DNA of 64,000 nucleotides, taken from contig CDMY01000289.1 of the NCBI GenBank assembly GCA_001179505.1, positions 68,839 to 132,838 on the forward strand. The letters are read 5' to 3'. Below the pieces are notes generated by a model that ran no database searches, was not told the DNA's origin, and saw only the letters and a list, made by a program, of their open reading frames with translations. This document shows, in pieces, positions 23,559 to 33,942 of this stretch; position 1 is the first letter of the stretch, and each line of letters opens with the position of its first letter. A program made the translations under genes and the position numbers. Origin of the DNA: Vitrella brassicaformis CCMP3155 (lineage: Eukaryota > Protista > Chromerida).

Positions 23559-24851
23559 ATGTCATCAGTGAGGCGTGGCGAGGCGGCAGTAGGGAGCAGC
23601 AGCAGAAGGAGGGCGGGGCGGGTGAGCGAGAGGTGGGAGGAGCGGGCCATGACGTTCGGCGAGCATTATGTGGTCAAGAACACCTTCATCCACACCGGAC
23701 CGGTAGGCGTGCAAAGATTTGTGGCATGGGATGAATGAGCGTGGCAGGCTGGCTGGCTGGCTGGATGGATGGAGGAGGGTGTATCAACTTGGATTGGAGA
23801 GGCTCATGTGTACTTATTATGTGTGTGTCATGACACATGTGTGTTGTTGTCTTCTGTCTGTTCTGTCTGTCTGTCTGTCTCGTGTGTGCAGTTTGCGGCG
23901 TCCTGTGGGCGTCGGTCCCGGTCCGCTGACACCTACTACGACCAACCACTCACACACTGTAGGCACCGTACCGCACCAGCCAAAGATCACCCACCACACC
24001 ACGCCACACACGTCTCCCCGTCCGTCAGGCGTTCATCTCACCCCATCGTCCAACCGGCCGCCAGCCGTCCCCGCGAACGCGTCTTCAGTGCCGCGTGTGT
24101 TGCCCACACAGAGTCATACCAACACCCATTCGTATGCGCACCATCGGCCTGTGAGTCGGGTCGGCCGCAGCATGAGCTCGCTGGGTGTGGGTGGTGGTGG
24201 TAGTGGTGGTAGTGTGTGTGTGGGCGTCATTGGGGAGGGTGAGGGATACGGGGCGCATTCAACTCGATGCCCATCGGAGAGCGGGGAGGACGCCAGACAC
24301 GCCGCGTGAGTGGGGGGGCGGGTGTGGGTGTGGTGCGGTGTGTCGACACGTGTGGAGTGGGTGGATAGAAGATCTGTTCTCTCTTTTCTTTTGTGTGTGT
24401 GTGGGTGTGGGTGTGCGGCCACATGGCATCTCATCACTCAGGATACTGTTTGATGTGTCCCGACAGCCACTGGAGGCCAACATTCCCAACACGTCAGACA
24501 ACACATTCACACGCAAATGCGACACACGTATACAGCACACAGCCCTGGTCCTTGCTGATGGATGGATGGATGGATGTGTGTGTGTCAGGATCAGCCTGCG
24601 GACGTTGCCACTGAACATCCCCCTCCCGCCCAACCACCCGCCACCTCCCCCGTACCCGCCGTCCAACGTCCAGTACCTCACACAGCTGTCACAGCCACAG
24701 ACACAGACGCAGGCACAGGCGCACCCGTCGCCCATCTCCCCGCCGCCCACTTCGGCACCGCCAGATATGTCGTCACTCCAGATCTACCACGCACAGCAGC
24801 AACAAGGTCCGGCCCGCAGACGTGACACACGTGGGGGCGTGGGGTGACTGA

Positions 24852-24883
<32 letters not shown>

Positions 24884-26391
24884 GGTGTGTGTTTAGCGTC
24901 GTCGTCATCGAATATGACCCCGGTGATTCTGCAGCGTGCCCTGGGGCCGAATGAGGTGCCGACGGTCACCATGCCGATGGCACAGGCGATGCAGCTCATC
25001 AGCACGGCCCCGCTCCCATCCCTCCCGCCACACCTGCCCCTGCCCCTCCCTCTGCACATCGAGACGCCCCCGCCGGACTGCCTCCCGCCGTCGTACGACC
25101 TCTCGCCAATCTCACCCTCACCAGACCCCTCGCCGTCGCAGTCGCCCCCAGCTGCCAGTAGCGTGTCGTGTTCCATATCCCTCTCTGCATCTCCAACGGC
25201 GTCAGCCTCGCCCCAGGCAGCGGACATGGACACCCACATCCACACCCACGCCCACACGCGCATCCATGAGCACATGTTCCTCGAGCGGAGCTTCAGCGAG
25301 GTGCTCATGGGCAACTGCGGCGGCGGCACCGCCACCAGCACCGAGGCCACCCCCATGGCCTCCCCCACCGCACAGAGCACCCACTCCTACTCGCCCACCA
25401 GTTTTGCCCAGTTTAGCAGCAAGAAGGGCCACCACCACGGCGACAAGGAGAGGGACAGAGAGCACCGAGGAGGGGAGAAGGAGGGCAAGGAGGGCAGGGG
25501 GGTGCGCCGGGCCCGAGGTGATCGCGAGTATAGAGAGCGCGACCGTGACCGAGGTGATCGCGATAGAGACAGGGAGAGGGAGAGGGGCGCTGGGCGGGGG
25601 TTGCGGGCGTATGGCGGCGGCGGCGGCGGGGGGAGGGAGGGCCGGCGTGCCGGCCATAGAGATAGAGATAGAGACAGAGACGGCAGGGAGCACCGAAACA
25701 TCAAGTGACATGGACACACAGCACAGAGACCCACAGATGGATGAATGGATGGATGGATGGATGTGTGTGTGTGTATGTTCAGCGGGTCGGAGGAGATCCG
25801 TGATCGTGACCGCGACCGTGACCGAGGTGACCGCGACCGTGACCGTGTCGGCCACTACCACCCGCAGCCCACCGGCCCCTACCTGGGCGGCATGACGCAC
25901 TACCCCGACGACATCATCGCCAACACATTCGACAGTAGCTACAACCAAGACGACACGCCCACCTCAGAGCAGCCGCAGCACTACAGCCACGGCAGCAACC
26001 ACAGACAGGGCACGCCACCGCCAAAGGTAGCTTAGCTACACCCACATACCCCTCTCCCTCTCCCTCTCGCTCCCTCCCACTTACATCCGCTGTGTGTGTC
26101 ATCGTGTGTCATGTGTCATCCATCGATCAGGACGATTGCAAGACCCCCCAGGAGCACTCCCCCTTCACCGACCAGTTCAACAACCACAGCAGTGTGCGCA
26201 TCCTCAAACACCACACCAGCACGAGAAGCAGCAGCGGCAAACCAGACAAGCACTCCACCTACCCCAGCAGCAGCACCAGCAGCGAGAGGCCCGAGAGGGG
26301 CGAGAGGGGTGAGCACCGAGACCGTGACCGTGACCGCGACGGCGGCCGGCGCAAGACTTACTCCTTTAGGGGGATTGGGGGCGGGCGATGA
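23559..26391 (+). CDS. Low-complexity protein with an N-terminal VVKNTFIH motif, a Pro-rich middle and RD/RE mixed-charge tracts; multi-exon
   Basis: Exons MSSVRRG...HYVVKNTFIHTGP, FAASCGRRSRSADTYY, ...RDRDRGDRDRDRERE..., GSEEIRDRDRDRGDRDRDR and DDCKTP...RKTYSFRGIGGGR*. Confidence 0.65.
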
Positions 26392-28780
26392 GGGAGGATG
26401 AGTAGACGCAGCCACCCCACCCACACAGACAGGCAGGCTGCGGGCGGGGCGTACGTGTAGACAGATAAGGCGGGGGGTCCCGTCGATCCGTTTTGGACAC
26501 ATCCATCCATCCATCCCTGCATTCGATGGCACGCATCACATCACGGGAGTCCCTTTCCCACTCACTCATCCACGCAGCTTACACACATCTCTCTCTGTAT
26601 GATAACACAGAGTAAGAAAGAACATACCGACTCAGAGAGAGAGAGAGAGAGAGAGAGAGGTGGAGTGAGAGAGGGGGAGGGGGGGGAGTGGCGAGAGGGC
26701 GAGAGGGCACACACTTGGGTGGCCTGTCCACTTCCCTGCGTGTGTGGGTGGTTTTCCTTGTAACTTCGTGGTTGCTGGTTCCTTGCTGGGGTGGGTTGCT
26801 GGGGTGTGCATAGGGGTGGGTGGGGAGGGAGGGGGTCAGGGAGAGGGGGAGTAAGCTAAGTGCACTACCACACACGCCGTGCCATTCCATTTCATTCCAT
26901 TCCATCCATTCACCCAGTCATCCGTCATCGCTTAGCAGCCGGCCACACACACACGCGGCGGTTTTGATGTCGTCAGCAGCCCGGGGGGACACATGCCTGC
27001 CACCGACCCCATCCCCTGTTTCCCTCGCCTCTCCATCCAGCATCCACACCCACACCCACACTCTTTTTCGCACACGTGTGCTCACTCGGATACACACACA
27101 CACAAGGCTGGCTTTGCCGGGGGATCACCCACTACACTGCCTGTATCCATCCATCCCCATCCATCCACTCACAGCATCCATCCATCCATCCGCGCCTCAC
27201 CTCTGTGCAGCCTTCGTGGGCGTGTGTGTGTGTGTGTGTGAGTCGCTTACTCGTCCATGCGGGGGTGGATGCATCCATGCCTTCATGCCAACCACACCAT
27301 ACATCCATGCCATCTGTGCACTTTAAGGGGGTGGGGGGAGGGTGGGAGGGCGGGAGGGGCTGCCGGTCGGTGGGTCGGTCGCATGGTTGCTGCGTTGCTC
27401 ATGTACAATTGCTCGTCGTCGTGGGACCGATTTTGATGATGTCTACCCAGTCGACATGGAGAGAGAAGGAGGGAGAGAGAAGGAGAGAGAGAGAGAGAGA
27501 GAGGTGTTGTAAGTCTGCTACACGGGGGGTGGCGGTCTATGGTGTGTATATGTCCATACTTCTGTATACTTGTGTGTACACTTCAGCGAGACGGTGGCCA
27601 TGATGGGTGAATGGATGGACGGATGGCTGGATATACTCACTCCCAGCAACCGAAAGTGTGTCGATAACTCCTTGCTGCTCCGGCAATCCATCCATGTGTG
27701 TGAAGTGCCTTTCCATGTCTGTCTGTCTGTCTGTCTGTGGGTGTGGTGTGCGGCGTGCCGTGCATGCATGCGTGCGCTCGGGGGCAAGCTGCCATGGTGC
27801 ATGGTGCATGCCCCACTTCGTTCGTCCGTCCCTCCGTCCTCTTATTGCGTGTCTGTATGTGTTGTAGATAAGAATCCTCTTTCCCTTGTTGCCCGCCTGC
27901 CTGTTTTCCCGTCGGGCGAGAGCCCCATCACCCCTCCACTCAGCCACTCGCTCTCCCACACACACATACACAGACAGACAGACAGACAGGTCGCCCGATG
28001 CTTCTACAGTAAGTGCACGATGCTTGTGCAGTGGCTTGGCTTGGCTTGGTGGTGGTTGTATCGTGATGGTGATGGTGATGGTGGCGTGCGCACATCGCAA
28101 CACTTGGCGGATGGCCTGCTTCTCGATCGCTGGTGTGGATGCTTGTCCACGCGTGGGTGGCTGGCTGGCTGGATGGATGGATGGGCGGGCGGCCCGGTAC
28201 TGGATGGCTGCAAGTGTTGTGTGTCTGTCGATTGGATGCGAGCACTGCTGGCGGGAATGGGGTTGCTAGGATGAGGATGGTGACGGGATGGCGTCCTCCC
28301 TCTCATTCCTGGGTGATGTCATGCCGTCACCGTCGCCGTCTGAGCAATGCCCATTCTGACTGACAGCCGTCTGGCAGCCTGTCTGCCGGTCTGTGTGTCT
28401 GCAATCATGATGGTGAGTGGTGTACTATATGCCTGTGTCCTCATTCGTCCGCCCATGCATCCATGCGGCTGCCTGCCTGGCTGGCTGGCTGGCTGGCTGT
28501 GTGTCTGTGTGTCTGTCTGCCTGTCTGTCTGTGTGCTTACCTTCCTGTGTGTATACAGCACGTCCATCGATCCATCCCGATTGATTGAGACCGACAGAAG
28601 AACACGTGATTGACGGACAGGAGAAGTCGCTATGATTCAACAACACTCAGCGGATAAGGCTAGAGAAAGTTTCGGTGAAACCCTGCCCAAAGGTAAACAG
28701 TGCCGGGTTGGCATCAGTGCCGGGTTGGCATCGTTTCTCTCGAGCGTCGTCGGTGTGTGCGTCCATCGCCCATTCTCACC

Positions 28781-29393
28781 ATGAGCTCAGCGTCGGCCGC
28801 GCAGCAGCAGCAGGAGGTGCCCCGCCAAGGCATAGTGTCGGCCAAAGACTATGAGGCTCGTCTGAAGGTACGTGCCGACAATTGCACCATGGAAATGGCA
28901 CAGATCGGTCCATCCATCCATCCATCCATCCATGCCGTGCTGGATCTTGTGCTGTGGGCAGGAGGTGCTGCAGGAGGTCAAGAAGGCCAGCCGCCCGAAC
29001 GAGCCGGAGTTCATTGATCTCTTTGGCATCTACGAGCCCGAATCCATGGAGGAGAAAATCGCTGACGAGCCCGAGAAGCACGAGCAGAAGATGAAGGTAT
29101 GAGCTCGGCAGATCTGCACTTCCTCTGGATGGATGGATGGATGGGTGGACGGATGGACGGATGGATGGATGGATTGGACGGGTTGTGCTTGTAGGAGGTG
29201 GTCTCATCCCTATCTGAGCACTACCGCCGGCAGGGTGAGTGACGTCGGCATCTGACGCTCACTTCTCTGCATACGCGGGGATGGGTCAGGCTGGCGTGAC
29301 TTCGAGAAGTGCAAGACGGGCCCCGTCGAATTCATTGCCTGCGAGGGCTTCCTGCTCACACTCGCCATCAAAGCTAAGGACCCGGTCGGTTGA
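28781..29393 (+). CDS. Small orphan protein of about 120 aa, paralog A; 4 exons
   Basis: [57 protein letters not shown]...[50 protein letters not shown]. Splice phases are consistent and conserved in paralog B. Confidence 0.78.
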
Positions 29394-30049
29394 TAGCGAC
29401 AGACACCACAACACAAAGGCCGCACAACACCTCTGGTGCGTATTCATGGGTTTAGACAAAGGGCATCACCTGGGGTGAGTTTCTAGAAGAAATGAGCGCC
29501 TACGAGGGGGGCGCCATTTGCTGGCGGGTAGGCGAGATAGACGAGGATGAGTGCGAGTAAGCGACGGACGGGCGCAAAGACACAACGAGGGGAGCGTCGT
29601 TATGTCCTCTGGTGATGACACACAGGTTCCTGCGAGGGGGCAAGCGCGACTCATGCGGCCGATACAGACTCCAATACGACATCTGAACACCGAACACAAG
29701 ACAGAATGTGTGCACAGACAGAGAGCGGCTACCGTAGAAGCGCAGCAGAATCGCGTTTGGTTTGTTGACGGACCCATTAGTTTATTCATTTCATGCATGT
29801 CTGCGCAGGCGTGTGTGTGTGTGCATTGTGCGATGCTGCTTAGGACGGCCTGACAATTCGTGCGTTCGGAGTGAAAGAATGGATTGAATCGATCACGCAC
29901 AATGGCAGACTGACAAATGAATCCACTTGCAATGTATCACGACAGCAGCATCTGTCCGTCCAACAAAAAGCGACCCATGCTACACACACTACCTACAGAG
30001 CTACAGAGGCTGGCTACTCTACACACCTGACGATAAACGTCTTAACGGC

Positions 30050-30343
30050 CTATCTCTCGGCGCAGCTGCAGCGTCTTCGCTCGTCGATCTCCTCCCGCAC
30101 GCGCATGCCCATCTCGGCGCCCATACACCGCACAAACAGCTCACGCGTGCCGTCGTACGGCGCACCCTCGTCGCAGAAGACGCCCACCGACACCGACACG
30201 CTGTTGGCCGCCTCCTCGCGCAGCACGTGGAAATACGCGAGGAAGGGGGACGTCGTCTTGTCGGTGAGCAGGAACAGCCGGTAGCTGAGGTTGGGCGACC
30301 TGAGCCTCACGCGACAGACGGTGGGGCTGCTGGCGCCGTCTGC
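30050..30343 (-). pseudogene. 5'-truncated copy (last about 97 codons) of the F-box-like gene at 32602-33680
   Basis: DGASSPTVCRVRLRSPNLSYRLFLLTDKTTSPFLAYFHVLREEAANSVSVSVGVFCDEG...EEIDERRRCSCAER*. Upstream of 30343 the sequence is unrelated. Confidence 0.75.
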
Positions 30344-30456
30344 ATACACATACGCCAGCAGCCCTTCTGTCGTGGCTGTCTGCCTCTCTCCCCTCCTGTC
30401 TGCATGCCTGCCTGCCGATGCAATCACTACTTGCTGCGCAGCAGGGGATCCGTCAC

Positions 30457-31100
30457 TCAGGCTGGTTGCTGCACGCCTGATGGCAATCTTTGCGGAGTGG
30501 GTGGCAGCAGGCGGCTCCCCAGTGCTTCAAGCCTCCTGATGCACACACACACACACGAGTGGTGTTCATTCAGCAGGTCTCAAGTCCGTCGCTCACCTGA
30601 GGCGGGCCGCCCCACCCCACTCGCGCAGCAGGTTTTCTCTAAACTCCCGCGCTATCCGCAAGGACATCATGCCACACCTCTCGATGAACGCCCTCCGATA
30701 CTCGTCCTTGATCGTCTGCGCACACGGACGCACGCACACAGGGCCACGTGTGTCTTGTCTTTGTGTAGGCGCATGAGCTCATGCGTGTGCGTACGCACCC
30801 CGTCTTCGTTGAGTACGGTGTCGAGAAGATATGTGCTTCATCCAGATCCGGGGTCAAGGGTGCACGGCAGCTCCTCGTCAATCGACCAAATGGCCTTCTC
30901 CACCCTTGCCATTGCAGCCCAGTCCTCCTTGCTCGTGGGATATCTTCCCTCAGGTGCTCTCTTGCTCCACTCGCAGCCCATAGCGGCTCTGGCACTCAGC
31001 CATTCGTTGCCGACACTTGAAGGTCCGTCATCGTCAGATGAGTCGATATCTCCAGCCGGTCAAAGCGGCTGTAGTCGATGGGTAGGCCTCCCTGAGGGAT
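30457..31100 (-). pseudogene. Degraded unrelated spliced gene (3 exons) with a frameshift and an in-frame TGA
   Basis: PIDYSRFDRL / (frameshift about 31050) DIDSSDDDG...WAAMARVEKAIWSIDEELPCTLDPGSG*STYLLDTVLNEDG / TIKDEYRRAFIERCGMMSLRIAREFRENLLREWGG / RLEALGSRLL...QQPA*. TGA at 30838-30840. Confidence 0.5.
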
Positions 31101-31210
31101 GGTGCGAAGCTTAGAGCCAGATCTGCCTCTGCGAGCTTGAAATCTCTGCGATCCTGGCATCGGCCAGGACAACAAGACGTCGTGTTCTCGACCTGCGTGT
31201 CCATCGTCAA

Positions 31211-32868
31211 CATCGTCGGTGTGTGCGTCCATCGCTCGTCCTCACAATGAGCTCAGCGTCGGCCGCGCAGCAGCAACAGCAGCAGCAGCAGCAGCAGCAG
31301 GAGGTGCCACGCCAGAAGGGCGTAGTGTCGGCCAAGGACTATGAGGCTCGTCTGGAGGTACGTGCCCACACCTACACCATGGAAATGGCACAGATCCATT
31401 CATTCATTCATCCATCCATCTGTTGTGCTGCATGGGTCTGCATGGGCCTGCAGGAGGTGCTCAAGGAGGTCAAGAAGGCCAGCCGCCCGAACGAGCCGGA
31501 GTTCATTGATCTCTGGGGCATCTACGACCCCCATATGATGGAGGACATCATCGCTGACGACCCTGAGCAGCACGAAAAGAACAAGAAGGTATATACCCAG
31601 ATCTGCACTTCCTCTCTGTCCAGGAAAGGATGGATGGTTTATGGGTGCAGGAGGTGGTCTATCCGTATCCGAGCATCGTCATCACCAAAGTACCCGAGTT
31701 CTACCGCCAGCAGCCCAACCAAGGTGCGCGTCCGCACCGGAATGCACGTGTGGCCCGCCCCTTCTGTGTGTGCGTACCAGGCTGGCGTGACTTCGAGAAG
31801 TGTAAGCTGGGCCACATCGGCAATGAAGACGAAAAGAACGTCCTACTCACACTCGCCATCAAAGCTAAAGAGCCGGTCGGTTGATAGCGACGGACACCAC
31901 AACACAAAGGCCGCACAACACCTCTGATGCTCTCAGGCGAAGGGCGTCACCTGGGCTGAGTTTCTAGAGGAAATGAGCGCCTACGAGGGGGGCGCCATGT
32001 GCAGCTGGAACGGCAGGGAGTGCGAGTAAGCGACGGACGTTTGTATGTGATGTTTGTATGTGTCTCATGATGACACGTAGGTTGCTGGCAGGGGGCCATC
32101 GCGACTCGTCCGGCCGATACAGACTCAGCTACAGGCGCTGACCACTCAAGAGGCCAGCAGCAGCTGGTGTGTGTACAGGCGAAGACAAGGCTACACACAG
32201 ATCAAGACAAGGCCACCGTAGTCGCTAGCGCAGCAGAAGCGCGTTCGGTTTGTTGATGGAACGATGCACGCATTCATTGCACGCACGTGTGCGCCGAGGT
32301 GCCTGGGGACCGGTAGAGGACGCTTGCACGTATGTGTCTGTGTCTGCTTGCATCGTGCGATGCTGCATAGGACGGCCTGACAATTCGTGCCTTCGGAGTG
32401 AAAGAATGGATTGAATCGATCACGCACAATGGCAGACTGACAAATGAATCCACTCGCAATGTATCACGACAGCAGCATCGCATCTTTCCGTCCAACAAAC
32501 GACTCAACATACACTACCTACAGAGCTACAGAAGCCGGCTACTTTACACACCTGACGATAAACGTCTTCACGGCCTATCTCTCGGCGCAGCTGCAGCGTC
32601 TTCACTCGTCGATCTCCTCCCACACGCGCATGCCCATCTCGGCGCCCACACACCGCACAAACAGCTCATGCGTGCCGTCGTGAGGCGCACCCTCGTCGCA
32701 GAAGACTCCCAGCGACACCGACACGCTGTCGGCCGCCTCCTCACGCAGCACGTGGAAATACGCGAGGAAGGGGGACGTCGTCTTGTCGGTGAGCAGGAAC
32801 AGCCGGTAGCTGAGGTTGGGCGACCTGAGCCTCACGCGACAGACGGTGGGGCTGCTGGCGCCGTCTGC
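31211..32868 (+). repeat. Direct segmental duplication, copy 2
   Basis: Colinear with 28744-30343. Confidence 0.9.
31247..31884 (+). CDS. Small orphan protein, paralog B; 4 exons
   Basis: MSSASAAQ(11)[46 protein letters not shown]...[62 protein letters not shown]. Confidence 0.78.
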
Positions 32869-33680
32869 GAGCAGAGAGAGGCACCGCTGCCTGAGGGACG
32901 ACCCCGCGCGCGTCGACCGGCACGTCTTGACGGCGTGGTGCATGCTGTCCTTGACGGAGAGGAGCATCTCGGTGACCAGGGAGGTGAGGGACGGCAGGTC
33001 AGCGTGTTCGGGCACACTGACAGGGGGATTGTCGGCGTCATAGTCGTCGGGGAACAGCGGAGAGGCTGCGTCGAGGAGGGAGTATTGCTGGTAGCGGCCG
33101 CCCTTGGTGTAGTTGAAGATGCTGGTGGATGCCGATCCATCAACCCACTGCGCGAATGTCCGCTTGTCGACCTCCAGCCGGGCAGCCAGAACACGCCACT
33201 GCCGCATCGCCTCCGGCTGCCCCACAAAGGCCTCCTTGTTGCTGCTGACGACAGCAAAGCTCCCTTCGCCCAACACGAGCGGCTTCCTCCTGTGCAGGTA
33301 GAGGATGGTCAGTGGCGCCTTCCATCGTGTCCAGTCACCACAACCCTCAAAGAAGAATATGCGGCGGACGAGCTGAATGATGACAGGCTGTGACGAGCTG
33401 AGCAGGGGCAGCTGAGGGATGGTGACGATCAGAATGGCGCCGAGGAGGGCGTCGAGGGCGGCGAGGAAGCGGGCGAGCTGCTGCTGGAAGAAGGCCACAC
33501 CGAAGAGGGCGTGGAAGGCCTTGCTGGAGCGGCGGAAGCACAGCAAAGAGGCCACGCCGACGAAGGGTGCAATGTCGCTCTGCACCACTGCCGGCGGCAG
33601 GCCGGCGAAGACGTCCGAGGAGCTGCCGCCATGATGATCCGCAGACGACTCACTTGCAGCCTCTACCGACTCCTCTTCTG
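32602..33680 (-). CDS. Lineage-specific protein with an F-box-like N-terminus; main exon only (short first exon expected near 33750-33800)
   Basis: Long open exon with FAGLPPAVVQSDIAPFVGVASLLCFRRSSKAF (F-box-like pattern); acceptor TGTGCAG at about 33680. Confidence 0.72.
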
Positions 33681-33942
33681 CACACACACACACACACACG
33701 CACACACAGAAGTAGAGCATCAGCAACGCATCCGGCTATCACATGCGTGTGCCATGTGCGAGATCCTGACTGCATTTGGGCGGGGATCACAGTTTCCCGC
33801 CCGCGTGTGGCCGCTCGTGCACACGTCACGATGCATGCGTGCACCACCCATCCCGCCCTTGCGTACCTTCAGCATCCGTCTGCACAATTGTCTGCACGAC
33901 ATCGCATCTGACGCAGTTGCCCATCCTGGTCAGACAAAGACG

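Larger units (their letters stand above)
28744..30343 (+). repeat. Direct segmental duplication, copy 1 (copy 2 at 31211-32868)
   Basis: Shared start GTCGGTGTGTGCGTCCATCGC..CTCAC.ATGAGCTCAGCG, shared intergenic DNA, and identity ending at GGCGCCGTCTGC (30343/32868). Confidence 0.9.

Noticed and set aside
30838-30840. Selenocysteine or readthrough TGA
   Set aside because: The same gene also needs a frameshift, there is no redox motif, and no SECIS was recognised; a pseudogene is simpler.
29927-33393. Long plus-strand ORFs 29927-31114 and 32398-33393
   Set aside because: Antisense shadows of the GC-rich minus-strand F-box-like coding sequence.
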